Shown: piece after piece, positions 28,080 to 37,711 of the stretch
Layout: every line of letters starts with the position of its first letter
How positions within the stretch are numbered: position 1 is the first letter of the stretch
Source: Candidatus Parcubacteria bacterium
Lineage (GTDB): Bacteria; Patescibacteriota; Microgenomatia; UBA12405
Direction: 5' to 3'
Assembly: GCA_023443725.1 (NCBI GenBank)
Contig: JAEZTF010000010.1
Span: forward strand, 29,948 to 93,947
Length of the DNA stretch: 64,000 nucleotides
Made by a program: the position numbers and the translations under genes
Notes under the pieces: model-generated
What the model saw: only the letters and a program-made list of their open reading frames with translations
What the model was told of the DNA's origin: nothing
Databases searched by the model: none

Positions 28080-29408
28080 TTAAATTTTAATATATTCAAT
28101 ATTAGCACCTAAGGAAGAAAGTCGTTCAGCTAATTTTTCGTAGCCTCGTTCTATAAATTCGACACCATCTATAGTAGATATTCCATCAGCAACTAAAGCA
28201 GCTATAGTAGTTGAGGCTCCGGCTCGAAGATCATCAATAACAAAATTAGTTGGTTGTAATTTGGTTGGTCCATATATTTTTACTCCGTGAAAAAAGTTAG
28301 GGTTGTCATTTTCTGGATTAAATTGATAGTAAGTTTCTGGATTTTCAACTATAGGATTAAATAATTGGACTTTTGCTCCCATTTTTTGTAAGTTAGCAAT
28401 ATGTTGAAAACGACTTGGATAGACTTTTTCGATTACCGAACTACAACCTACTGATTGAGTCAAAAGAATTGAAAATAAAGCTTGCCAGTCAGTCATAAAA
28501 GCTGGTTCTGGTCCAGTTTCGATATTGATAGCTTTTAATGGTTTTTCCCAAGAAATATATATTTCTTCCTCCCCTGTTTGGACTTTAGCTCCCATATTTT
28601 CGATGGTATCTAAAAATGTTTTAACCGTTTTTGGATCAGCCCTAAGAATATTGACACTACCTTTGGTGGCTAGAGCAGCGCAAGCAAAAGTAACAATTTC
28701 ATTTCGATCACAAATTACTTGATGTTGAGTACCGGTTAGAGATGAAACTCCTTGGATAACAATTTTTCCAGGGTCAGATGGTTCTCTTTGAATTTTTCCA
28801 CCCATTTTATTTAAAAGAATTATTAGATCGTCTATTTCTGGTTCTTGGCCACAATTTTCTAAAATAGTTTCTCCTGGAACTAATACAGCTGTCATAATTA
28901 AAGTTTCAGTGACGGTATGAGAAGGTTTATTAAAAACATAATGAACTGGTTTAATTTTTTCAGTAGTAAAAACTAAGTTAGTTTCTGTTTCCTTGGTTTG
29001 AATATTCATTTTTGAAAAACAGTCAATTAGACGATCTAGAGGCCTATTGCCAAGACGATCTCCTCCTGGAGTAGGAACTACAGCTTGCCCAGTTCTGGCT
29101 AATAGTGGAGCAGAAAACATAAATGAACTACGAGATTTAATTCCAGTTCCTTGTGGGACAGTAAAATTTTTTATTTTTGAGGTAGTTACTTTGATGCAAT
29201 GTTCACCACAAGAACTTATTTCTGATCCTAAAGATTTTGCAATGCTTTCGGTTATTTTTATATCAGAAATATTGGGAATATTGGTTAATTGGGTAGTTTG
29301 ATCAGAAAGCATAGAAGCAATAATTTGTTTATAGCTAGCATTCTTTGCTCCTCTAATAGAAACTTCACCTTGAAGTTTTTTCCCGCCAGAGATGATATAT
29401 CGTGACAT
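28080..29408 (-). CDS. murA: UDP-N-acetylglucosamine 1-carboxyvinyltransferase.
   Basis: LQGEVSIRGAKNAS near the N-terminus, 442 aa, EPT fold. Confidence 0.85.
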   Translation of the reverse strand: MSRYIISGGKKLQGEVSIRGAKNASYKQIIASMLSDQTTQLTNIPNISDIKITESIAKSLGSEISSCGEHCIKVTTSKIKNFTVPQGTGIKSRSSFMFSAPLLARTGQAVVPTPGGDRLGNRPLDRLIDCFSKMNIQTKETETNLVFTTEKIKPVHYVFNKPSHTVTETLIMTAVLVPGETILENCGQEPEIDDLIILLNKMGGKIQREPSDPGKIVIQGVSSLTGTQHQVICDRNEIVTFACAALATKGSVNILRADPKTVKTFLDTIENMGAKVQTGEEEIYISWEKPLKAINIETGPEPAFMTDWQALFSILLTQSVGCSSVIEKVYPSRFQHIANLQKMGAKVQLFNPIVENPETYYQFNPENDNPNFFHGVKIYGPTKLQPTNFVIDDLRAGASTTIAALVADGISTIDGVEFIERGYEKLAERLSSLGANIEYIKI

Positions 29409-29413
29409 AAATA

Positions 29414-30787
29414 TTAGTGAATATTTTTAATAATTGATTTAATAATTTTATTACCAGACAAACCACCAGAACTCATATATATAAGGATATCATTTGATGA
29501 TAAATGATGTATATAGTAGGCTTTTATTTCTTTTTCGATAGGAATATAAATCAACTTTGATCCAATTTCTTGTTTAAAGTCTTTAGCAGTAGCACGAGAT
29601 TTTTTGTCTACATTAGGGTTAAATCTAATTGGTCCTAAAACTATTTCATTAGCTTTTGTAAAAGCTTTTTTTAAGCCAATTAAATTACTTTTATATTGGG
29701 TAAATGAGGCATGAGGTTGAAAGAATACTTTTATTAATTTATCTGGAAAATGAGTTGTTAAAGCTTCAATGGTTGATTTAATACGATTTGGTGATTGAGC
29801 GAAATCTTCAAAAAACAAAATATTTTTTTGTTTATCAATTAATTCTAATCGCCTTTTAACTCCTCTATAAGAAAAAACAGCTTTTTGAATAAAACGAAAA
29901 CTAATACCTAATTGATCAGACATACTAACTGCAGCCAGAATATTCTCAAAGTTAAATTGACCGATAAGAGTAGTTTGAATAGATAACGGACCTTTGGGGG
30001 TATGGATTAATAAGTTGGTTATATCAGATTTAATATTTATTTTTTCTATAAAATAATCAGATTCTGGAGAATTATAGGAAACAATTTTAGCTTTTGAATA
30101 AAGACTAAGTTTTTTGGTTTGACAGCCAAGAGAATTGATTAAAAGGGTGCCATTTTCTGGTAGTCGATTAATTAATTTCTTAAAAGCTTGAAAATTTTTT
30201 ATTTTACTAGAATAAGAATCTTTATGTTCCCAATCGGCACTAGTTAAAATTAAATGTTTAATTGGATAATATAAAAACTTAGCTTTTCGATCTAATCCAT
30301 TAATTGATTCATCGGCTTCAACGATAGACCAATTAGATGGAGAGAAGTTAATAGAGTTCATCTTATTTTTGGCGTATCCACCAAACATGTAATTTGGATC
30401 TTTTTTAGCTTGAATGAAAATCCAAGACAATAGACTAGTGATAGTAGTTTTTCCAAAACTACCAGCAATTAAGACAGACTCATCTTTAATTAAGTTTTGA
30501 GCTAAATAATTAGTAGCAGAAATATAGGGAATTTTTAGTTTTTTTATTTGATTAAATTCTTTTTTGGTTTTTTCAAAAGAAAGATATGATGATCCAATAA
30601 TAGCCAAATCAATATTAGTATTGATTTCTATCGAATTGATCGATATATCCGCTTTTTTTAACATAGTACTAATTGGGGGATAAATTTTTTCTTGATCTGA
30701 TCCGGTTATATAAACTCCTCTTTTTTTGAGATTAACTGCCAGAGGAGCAGTCATGGTTCCAGCTATTCCGACTATGTGAATATGCAT
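29414..30787 (-). CDS. murC: Mur ligase, MurC/Mpl-like.
   Basis: N-terminal Rossmann IHIVGIAGTMTAPLAVNLKKRGVYITGSD (MurC-type), P-loop AGSFGKTTITS. Confidence 0.6.
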   Translation of the reverse strand: MHIHIVGIAGTMTAPLAVNLKKRGVYITGSDQEKIYPPISTMLKKADISINSIEINTNIDLAIIGSSYLSFEKTKKEFNQIKKLKIPYISATNYLAQNLIKDESVLIAGSFGKTTITSLLSWIFIQAKKDPNYMFGGYAKNKMNSINFSPSNWSIVEADESINGLDRKAKFLYYPIKHLILTSADWEHKDSYSSKIKNFQAFKKLINRLPENGTLLINSLGCQTKKLSLYSKAKIVSYNSPESDYFIEKINIKSDITNLLIHTPKGPLSIQTTLIGQFNFENILAAVSMSDQLGISFRFIQKAVFSYRGVKRRLELIDKQKNILFFEDFAQSPNRIKSTIEALTTHFPDKLIKVFFQPHASFTQYKSNLIGLKKAFTKANEIVLGPIRFNPNVDKKSRATAKDFKQEIGSKLIYIPIEKEIKAYYIHHLSSNDILIYMSSGGLSGNKIIKSIIKNIH

Positions 30788-30822
30788 ATTAGTAAATAGC
30801 TAATAAATAGTTAATAGTTGAA

Positions 30823-31419
30823 TTATTTTTCATATGGAAGCCATTGATTGTCTTTAAAATATTCAAATCCAGGCATATTACGTTTATAGAATCCAGTTTC
30901 AATAGAAAAACGACCTAAATAACAAAATTGAAGATTTTGTTGTTGACTGTCAACAATGGTTTGTAACACCAATCTAATAGGTAAATTACTATGATTATAT
31001 TTAGGATTATAAAAAACATAAGCAATATGACTAATAGAGTTAGAAAAATAACATATTGAATAAGCAATTATCTGATGATTTTCATTATACCAACTATAAA
31101 TAGTATTAAAAATATGATTAGTAAATGTTTTTTTGACTGAACTTATGGGAAAATCCCAACCTAATTGTTTTATCCAAGAAAAAATTTCTTTTTGAATATT
31201 AAGATCAAATTTAAAATCGTTCAAATTAGTTTTAATAAAAGAAAAATTATCAGTTTTTCTTAAAATCCTTCTATTTTCTGAACTGAGATTAAACTTGGAT
31301 AAATTTGATCGACAACTACTATCCTGATACCAAAGATCTTTTTGGTTTCTTTGAGGAAGGAATCCTTGTTGATAATTTAATTCTATAGATTGATTGTTGG
31401 TTAAATTAAATTGGGTCAT
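30823..31419 (-). CDS. ATE/Bpt-family (arginyl/leucyl-tRNA-protein transferase C-terminal domain-like) protein embedded in the mur operon.
   Basis: IAYVFYNPKYNHSNLPIRLVLQTIVDSQQQNLQFCYLGRFSIETGFYKRNMPGFEYF resembles the ATE_C signature (AVYtFYDP...SLG...YvYLGYwI..c.KM.YK..F.P.E). It overlaps murE by 4 nt, which suggests translational coupling. Confidence 0.45.
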   Translation of the reverse strand: MTQFNLTNNQSIELNYQQGFLPQRNQKDLWYQDSSCRSNLSKFNLSSENRRILRKTDNFSFIKTNLNDFKFDLNIQKEIFSWIKQLGWDFPISSVKKTFTNHIFNTIYSWYNENHQIIAYSICYFSNSISHIAYVFYNPKYNHSNLPIRLVLQTIVDSQQQNLQFCYLGRFSIETGFYKRNMPGFEYFKDNQWLPYEK

Positions 31420-32735
31420 ATTTTTTTTAATTTTAAAGCAGTTCTAAAAGCTTCTGTTTCTGACCAAGGATATTCAGTATTTCCATGAAGAATAGTATCT
31501 TCATGACCTTTACCACAAGCAATCACAACATCATCGGGTTGGGCTAACTTAATAGCTATATTGAAAGCGTCCTGTCGATTGGGAATATTAAAATAAGTAA
31601 ATTTTTGGTCAATCTTTTTTAGAATATCATTTATTTGTTTTTGATTTTCAATTTTTTGAATGTCAACAAAATTGGATTTATTAGGATCAATACCATTGAT
31701 TATTTGTTGATTAATTTGACTAATATCTTCGTTTCTAGTGTCGTCTGAAGTAATAATGGCAATATCAGCTAGACTAGAGACTACTTGACCCATTTGAGGT
31801 CGTTTTGTTTGATCTCGTCCGCCTGTGGCTCCAAAAATAATAATAATTTTACCTTTAGTAATTTTCTTTAATGAAGAAAGAGTTTTTTCTAAAGCGTTTG
31901 GAGTATGGGCAAAATCAACAATTGTTTTAAATTTAAAATTATTTTTAACTTCTTCTCGACGACCTTTGGTTTCGGGAAAATTTTTAACTGTTTCGAGTAA
32001 GAATTGTCGATTAATTTTTAAGTTATCAATAATTCCTAAGGCAACCAATATATTATTAATCTGATAAAAATAATTACTATCAGTGGTTATGGTTAGTTTA
32101 TTTACTTTAAAACTTAATTTTTTATTAGTTAATTTAATATCTTTAGCTTGATAATCTGACTTTTGGTCAACACTGTAAGTTGAGTAAGGAATTTGAATCA
32201 TAGGTTTAATTATTTGATATGACGAATCGTCTTTATTGATAATGCCATAATCTGATTGAGAGAAAATTTTTGCTTTAGACTGAATATACTCTTCCATGTT
32301 TGAATAATAATCTAAATGCTCATGTGAAGTGTTGGTAATAGCTGCAGTTATAAAGTGGCAACCTAAAAATCGATATTGATCAAGGCCATGAGCAGTAACT
32401 TCACAAACTACATGAGTAACTCCTGCAGCTAACATTTGACTAAGTATTTGCTGAAATAATTTTGGATCTGGACTAGTCATATGTAAACCAGTACTTATTT
32501 CTTGATTATTTCCAAACTTAGCGCCTATTGTAGTAATTACACCGGCATTAATACCAGCTTTTTTTAAAATTTCATAAACTAAAATACAACTAGTTGTTTT
32601 ACCATCGGTTCCAGTAATACCAATAAGTTTTAGTTTTTTTGCTGGAAAATTATGTTGAAGACTGACAAAAAAGTTTTTTGGGTAATGCCAGAAAAGATTT
32701 TTTATTTTTTGAAAATTGATCGATTTTAATGACAT
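31416..32735 (-). CDS. murE: UDP-MurNAc-L-Ala-D-Glu:diamino-acid ligase.
   Basis: P-loop GITGTDGKTTS, DFAHTPNALE motif, position after ftsI. Confidence 0.7.
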   Translation of the reverse strand: MSLKSINFQKIKNLFWHYPKNFFVSLQHNFPAKKLKLIGITGTDGKTTSCILVYEILKKAGINAGVITTIGAKFGNNQEISTGLHMTSPDPKLFQQILSQMLAAGVTHVVCEVTAHGLDQYRFLGCHFITAAITNTSHEHLDYYSNMEEYIQSKAKIFSQSDYGIINKDDSSYQIIKPMIQIPYSTYSVDQKSDYQAKDIKLTNKKLSFKVNKLTITTDSNYFYQINNILVALGIIDNLKINRQFLLETVKNFPETKGRREEVKNNFKFKTIVDFAHTPNALEKTLSSLKKITKGKIIIIFGATGGRDQTKRPQMGQVVSSLADIAIITSDDTRNEDISQINQQIINGIDPNKSNFVDIQKIENQKQINDILKKIDQKFTYFNIPNRQDAFNIAIKLAQPDDVVIACGKGHEDTILHGNTEYPWSETEAFRTALKLKKI

Positions 32736-32749
32736 ATTTAGCGAGTTAA

Positions 32750-34369
32750 TTATAACAAATGGTTGATTTTAGAGGCTAATTCAAACCAAATTGGAGCAGC
32801 AGTACTAGAACCCCAAGGTGAACTTTTAGGATTATTAATAGTTACAATCATGGTAAATTTTGGATTATCACATGGAGAAAAACCAATATAGGAAGCAATG
32901 GTTGAAGAATCAGTATAACCACCTTTTACAGCAATTTGAGCGGTACCACTTTTAGCACAAACTTCAAGATTTTTTGGTTTCATAACAGAAACTACTCCAT
33001 TTTCGACAGAATATTTAAGGATTGATTTAATTTCTTCAATCGAATTTTGATTGAAAATTTGTTGTGGATTATTGTTTTTGTCTATTAAAATGTGAGGTTT
33101 AACTAATAACCCATTGTTAGCAATAGTATTAAATGCTTGCAACATACCTACTTGAGTAACGACTATTCCCTGTCCAAATGAAGCAGTAGCTAGATCTATA
33201 TCTGGCCAATTAGTTTTAGTACTAGGACGTGATTCTCCTTGCAAATCAATACCAGTTTTTTGGTTGAGACCAAGTTTTTGAAAATAATTTAAAAACTTTT
33301 CTAAACCAATTTTTGAGATAATATGGCTCATACCGATATTGTCGGAATTTTTTATGATCTCTTTAAGAGATGAGTCTGGATGGGTTTCGTTATCATGATT
33401 GGTTATAGTATATTCCCCTATTTTTAGAGGTTTATCGCATTCATGGCAAACATAATCAGGAGAAATTGATTTACTATCCAAACCAATAGTGACAACTAAT
33501 GGTTTAAATATTGATCCTGGTTCAAAAAGATCAGAAATTGAATTTATTTTTGTAGCACTGGGAGTGGCTGAAGTGGTGGCAGTAAAAGTGGTCATAGCTA
33601 AAATACCTCCGGTTTTACTATCCATAACTGTAATGGATCCAGAATCGGCATCATATTTTTCAACACCTTCTTTTAATTCTTTTTCTACTTCAAATTGAAC
33701 ACTGCGATTTAAAGTGGTGTGTAAATCTTGTCCGTCAATAGCAATAGAATTCCAAGACTTTTTAGTAAGAATAGCTTTTCCAGTAGCGTCTTGAGGAGAC
33801 CAAGTAAAACCCGTTTTACCTTTTAATTGTTTTTGGTAATAGCCTTCAAGCCCTCCGTAACCTATATCGTAGCCTTGATCGTTTTTTGCTACCAACCCTA
33901 AAATTGGTTGAGCCAATGATTGTTCTGGATAGTATCTTTTTTCATTTTTTTCAAAACTAAGACCGGGTATTTTAAGTTGGTTTTTTTCTTCTTCGTTAAA
34001 AAGACTAGTGAAAGTTAACCATTTTTGATTTTGATTACTTTTAAACAATTCAATTAACTTTATATTTTCTTGGTTGAATTGTGGATGAATTTGATTGATT
34101 TTTGTAAAAACTTCTTCAAGACTTTGATCTAAATTTGGTTTGTATATCGACAATTTATAATTAGTAACATTAAGAACCAAAGGAAAATCATCGGACGAAT
34201 ATATTTTTCCCCGACTGGGGATAGTTTTCTCAAGTTTGTACATTTGAATTAAAGCCTTTTCTCTTAATTCTGGTCCTTCTATCACTTGAATATAAAAAAA
34301 TCGACAGATTATAAAAATAAAACAGATTATTAAAGTTGTAGAAACAGTTTTAATTCTAGAGCTATTCAT
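32750..34369 (-). CDS. ftsI: Penicillin-binding protein 2B/3 (class B transpeptidase).
   Basis: N-terminal TM. Active-site motifs SIFKP (SxxK), SDN, KSGTA (KTG). Confidence 0.8.
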   Translation of the reverse strand: MNSSRIKTVSTTLIICFIFIICRFFYIQVIEGPELREKALIQMYKLEKTIPSRGKIYSSDDFPLVLNVTNYKLSIYKPNLDQSLEEVFTKINQIHPQFNQENIKLIELFKSNQNQKWLTFTSLFNEEEKNQLKIPGLSFEKNEKRYYPEQSLAQPILGLVAKNDQGYDIGYGGLEGYYQKQLKGKTGFTWSPQDATGKAILTKKSWNSIAIDGQDLHTTLNRSVQFEVEKELKEGVEKYDADSGSITVMDSKTGGILAMTTFTATTSATPSATKINSISDLFEPGSIFKPLVVTIGLDSKSISPDYVCHECDKPLKIGEYTITNHDNETHPDSSLKEIIKNSDNIGMSHIISKIGLEKFLNYFQKLGLNQKTGIDLQGESRPSTKTNWPDIDLATASFGQGIVVTQVGMLQAFNTIANNGLLVKPHILIDKNNNPQQIFNQNSIEEIKSILKYSVENGVVSVMKPKNLEVCAKSGTAQIAVKGGYTDSSTIASYIGFSPCDNPKFTMIVTINNPKSSPWGSSTAAPIWFELASKINHLL

Positions 34370-34617
34370 TTTAGATTTACTTTTTGATCAATGTATATGA
34401 GAGGCTTTTTTTGTTGTTCTAGATAAAGATAATTAATAGAAGTCATATCGGTGAATTTTTTTTCTAGGCCTTGAGTTTCTATTTTAAGTTTTTGATGTTC
34501 AATTTGATTTTGATAAAGCTGACTGTTTTGGTTGATAATTTCACTTGAATAATAAAAAGAAAAAACGATTTGAATAGAAATAATTACAACTAAAATGTAA
34601 GTAAAATATTTTGGCAT
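34366..34617 (-). CDS. FtsL-like small bitopic coiled-coil division protein.
   Basis: 83 aa with an N-terminal TM and a heptad-rich tail. It sits between rsmH and ftsI. Confidence 0.5.
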   Translation of the reverse strand: MPKYFTYILVVIISIQIVFSFYYSSEIINQNSQLYQNQIEHQKLKIETQGLEKKFTDMTSINYLYLEQQKKPLIYIDQKVNLK

Positions 34618-35501
34618 TAAACTATTTTATACGATCTAAGGATAGCTGAGCGAGATAGTGGATTTTTTTTGATTTCTTTAAATGAAGGGTGGACTGCTTT
34701 GCTGACTTGGAAAATTTTATTTTCAGACAAATTATTTTGAATAAATTGTTTAATAATTCTATCTTCGCCTGAATGAAAACTAATAAAACAAGCCGTTCCG
34801 TTTGGTTTTATAATGTTTAAACTTTGAGAAAGGATTTGTTTGAGATTGCTAAATTCTTGATTAACAGCAATTTTTAAAGCTAAAAATATTTTAGTACTAG
34901 GATCGGTTTTAGTTCTGATTTTCTTTTCTAAATAAAAATTTCTGATAATATCAGCCAATCTTTTGGCATTGGTAATAGGTTTTTTTTGACGTTCAGAAAT
35001 TATTTTTGATACTAAGTCATGACTATACAATTCTTGACTATTTTTGGAAAAAATTTCATACAACTCTTCGGCAGAACCGATGTTAATGATATCTTTAGCA
35101 GTAGGATCATTGGAATTTTGGTTAATTCGCATATCTAAAGATTCCTCATCGTTAAAAGAAAAACCTCTATTAGTAGAGATTTGTTGGTTTCTACTTAAAC
35201 CTAAATCAACTAAAAGGCCATCAACTTTTTGATTAATTTTTTCGTTAACAATTTTTTGTAGTTGATTAAAATTGGATAATACAGGGGTAAATTTTCCTGA
35301 TAAACCGGCATTTTTGATTCTTTCAGTAGATATTTCTAAATTAGTTTGATCTTGATCTATACCATAAACAATAGCATCTTGTTGAAGAAGGGCTAAAGTA
35401 TGTCCCCCATTTCCTAAAGTAGCATCAATAATAATAGAGTTTGGTTTAATGTTTAGGCTAGATATTACTTCTTCAAGAAGAACTGGTTGGTGATAATCCA
35501 T
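34617..35501 (-). CDS. rsmH: 16S rRNA (cytosine1402-N4)-methyltransferase RsmH/MraW.
   Basis: YHQPVLLEEVISSL...IIDATLGNGGHT. Confidence 0.85.
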   Translation of the reverse strand: MDYHQPVLLEEVISSLNIKPNSIIIDATLGNGGHTLALLQQDAIVYGIDQDQTNLEISTERIKNAGLSGKFTPVLSNFNQLQKIVNEKINQKVDGLLVDLGLSRNQQISTNRGFSFNDEESLDMRINQNSNDPTAKDIINIGSAEELYEIFSKNSQELYSHDLVSKIISERQKKPITNAKRLADIIRNFYLEKKIRTKTDPSTKIFLALKIAVNQEFSNLKQILSQSLNIIKPNGTACFISFHSGEDRIIKQFIQNNLSENKIFQVSKAVHPSFKEIKKNPLSRSAILRSYKIV

Positions 35502-36211
35502 TAGTTGATTAAGTAATCTCCAGTTATGACAGTGGTATCTTCTTTGGTAACTGTGGAAGGGGTAATAGAAGATACTTTACCACTACCATTACCACTAGAG
35601 AAAACTGAATAAACTGGTTTAAAGTTTTTGATTAAAACGAAGTAATCACTTTTTGAAGAAACACTAGCTTTAATAGAAAAATTTTCAGTCTCCAAACTTA
35701 AACCTTTAGATTTAATATCTGCAGAAGTTAACAAAACAAATGGTGCTTCGTATGAAGCTGATTGACCATCAGCAGTAATGAAACTAAGAGAAAGAGTTCC
35801 ACCAGTAATACCCTCATCGTATTTATATTTACAGCCGCTAGTACAACTTTCGGTACCCAAGAGTAATTCTCTGTCTATAGATGTACCTTCAATTTTAGCT
35901 GTACCACCAACTCCTTTTTCAATTTCAATATTTTCGTCTTTGGCGGTGTAGATTAAATCATATTCGATTTCTTTGATACTCTCAGGAATATTAGAAATCT
36001 TTAAGTTCAATCGATGGCCATCAGCTTGAGGAGTCAAACTAATATATGGTTTTTGATCATCAGTTAAAACCAATTCAATTTCGGTTTTTGTATTTTGAGT
36101 TGTATTATTGACTGAAGTTTTTTTGTTTTTGCCAGTTAATACCATAACAATGGTGATAATTATCAATACTAAAGCACCAATAATGAAATAGATTGCTGTT
36201 TTATTTTTCAT
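35501..36211 (-). CDS. Exported hypothetical protein at the head of the dcw cluster. It is not MraZ.
   Basis: N-terminal TM. S/T/G-rich beta-type sequence, 236 aa. Confidence 0.4.
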   Translation of the reverse strand: MKNKTAIYFIIGALVLIIITIVMVLTGKNKKTSVNNTTQNTKTEIELVLTDDQKPYISLTPQADGHRLNLKISNIPESIKEIEYDLIYTAKDENIEIEKGVGGTAKIEGTSIDRELLLGTESCTSGCKYKYDEGITGGTLSLSFITADGQSASYEAPFVLLTSADIKSKGLSLETENFSIKASVSSKSDYFVLIKNFKPVYSVFSSGNGSGKVSSITPSTVTKEDTTVITGDYLIN

Positions 36212-36216
36212 AGTTA

Positions 36217-37536
36217 TTATTTATTTAACTGCTTTTCCATCCAACTGTCAATTTTATCGATAGAAACTCTAATTTGTTTCATAGTGTCACGATCACGAAT
36301 TGAAACAGTGTTATCTTCTAATGTTTGATAATCAACTACAGTACACCATGGTGTTCCTATTTCATCTTGACGACGATATTTTTTCCCAATATTACTACTA
36401 TCATCCCAATCAATAGAATATTTTTGACTTAATTGTTTATAGAGCTTTTCGGCTTTGTCAATTAATTCTGGTTTATTGGCAGCTAGAGGGAAAATAGCCA
36501 TCTTATAGGCAGAAACTTTAGGGTTCACTTTTAAAACAGTTCTAACATCTCCTGACTCAGTTTTCTCTTCTTGGTAAGCATCGAGAAGCATAAAAAAGAA
36601 ACTACGATCGACTCCTCCAGAGGTTTCAGTAATCCATGGGATATATCTCTCATGTGTAGTCGGATCGATATAAGATAGGTCTTGTCCACTAAACTTAGAA
36701 TGTTGAGTTAAATCATAATCTGATCGCCAATGTATTCCTTCCATTTCGGCCCATCCCCAGGGAGCATTATATTCAATATCAAAAGCTTTTTTAGCATAGA
36801 AAGCCAATTCATCCTTGCCATGTTCTCTAAATCTTAAATTATCTTGATTGTTAAATAATGATTTATACCAATTGATACGAGTTTCTTTCCAATATTCAAA
36901 CCATTTATCCATTTCATCTGGATGAACAAAATATTGAATATCCCATTGTTCGAATTCTCGAGTACGATAAAGGAAATTTTTAGGAGTAATTTCATTTCTG
37001 AAAGCTTTTCCGATTTGAGCGATACCAAAAGGTACTTTAACTCGAGTAGAGTCGACAATATTTTTAAAATCTAAATAAATAGTTTGGCAAGCTTCTCCTC
37101 GTAAATAGGCATGAAGTTTTTCACCTTCTATAACTCCAATTTCAGTTTCAAATAATATATTGTATTTTCGTCCCTCGGTAAATTGTCCACCACATTCTGG
37201 ACATTTAGACGGATCATCAAGTAAATCAGGTCGAAAACGTTTGTGACATGATTTACATTCAACCATGATATCGGCAAAATTTTTGACATGTCCTGAAGCT
37301 TCCCAGACTCGAGGGTGAGTAATAATTGATCCGTCGATCATAACAACATCTTGTCGAGAGGTAACATTATCGTGAATCCAAAGATCTTTCCAATTTTTTT
37401 TCATGAGAGAACCGATTGGTCCGTAATCATAAAAACCTTGAACACCGCCATAAATTTCAGAATTTTGAAAAATTATTCCTCTGCGTTTACAGAGACTGAC
37501 GATTTTGCTGACAAGATCATTTTGATTGTCTGACAT
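36217..37536 (-). CDS. glyQS: Glycyl-tRNA synthetase, alpha2 (GlyQS) type.
   Basis: Class II motifs with characteristic FRNEITPKNFLYRTREFEQ and YIPWITETSGGVDR. The start is moved to MSDNQ with RBS AGGAGA. Confidence 0.85.
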   Translation of the reverse strand: MSDNQNDLVSKIVSLCKRRGIIFQNSEIYGGVQGFYDYGPIGSLMKKNWKDLWIHDNVTSRQDVVMIDGSIITHPRVWEASGHVKNFADIMVECKSCHKRFRPDLLDDPSKCPECGGQFTEGRKYNILFETEIGVIEGEKLHAYLRGEACQTIYLDFKNIVDSTRVKVPFGIAQIGKAFRNEITPKNFLYRTREFEQWDIQYFVHPDEMDKWFEYWKETRINWYKSLFNNQDNLRFREHGKDELAFYAKKAFDIEYNAPWGWAEMEGIHWRSDYDLTQHSKFSGQDLSYIDPTTHERYIPWITETSGGVDRSFFFMLLDAYQEEKTESGDVRTVLKVNPKVSAYKMAIFPLAANKPELIDKAEKLYKQLSQKYSIDWDDSSNIGKKYRRQDEIGTPWCTVVDYQTLEDNTVSIRDRDTMKQIRVSIDKIDSWMEKQLNK

Positions 37537-37705
37537 AGTTCTCCTAAAAAACAATTAATATTTTTTAGGGATCCCGATAAATCAGGACGGTTCCACCCTA
37601 TTTGATAAATTATTTTTTCCAGTTAATTTATCCTCTTTTATTTTTCGGCTCGAGATTTGCCAAATCTGTCATTGCCTTGATGTTGAAGTTTATCTTGTTT
37701 TAAGA
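37537..37705 (-). ncRNA. Candidate minimal (glyQS-type) T-box leader.
   Basis: The minus strand contains AATAGGGTGGAACCGTCC, which matches the T-box consensus AGGGUGGNACCGCG at 12 of 14 positions. A GGC-A specifier candidate lies upstream. An A/U hairpin overlaps the SD just before the ATG. Confidence 0.4.
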
Positions 37706-37711
37706 AAACTG

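Noticed and set aside
29414-30787. Alternative call of the Mur ligase as MurD or MurF.
   Set aside because: The N-terminal GIAG...GSD Rossmann motif and the GKTT P-loop fit MurC/Mpl better than MurD (GKST) or MurF, which lacks this N-terminal domain. Retained as MurC-like at moderate confidence.
35501-36211. MraZ at the head of the dcw cluster.
   Set aside because: The ORF is 236 aa with an N-terminal TM and lacks the duplicated DxxxR MraZ motif, so it is not MraZ.
28525-37533. Short antisense ORFs within murA, murE, ftsI, rsmH and glyQS (28525..28722, 29047..29301, 31825..32064, 33489..33698, 35044..35232, 36834..37058, 37351..37533).
   Set aside because: Shadow ORFs.
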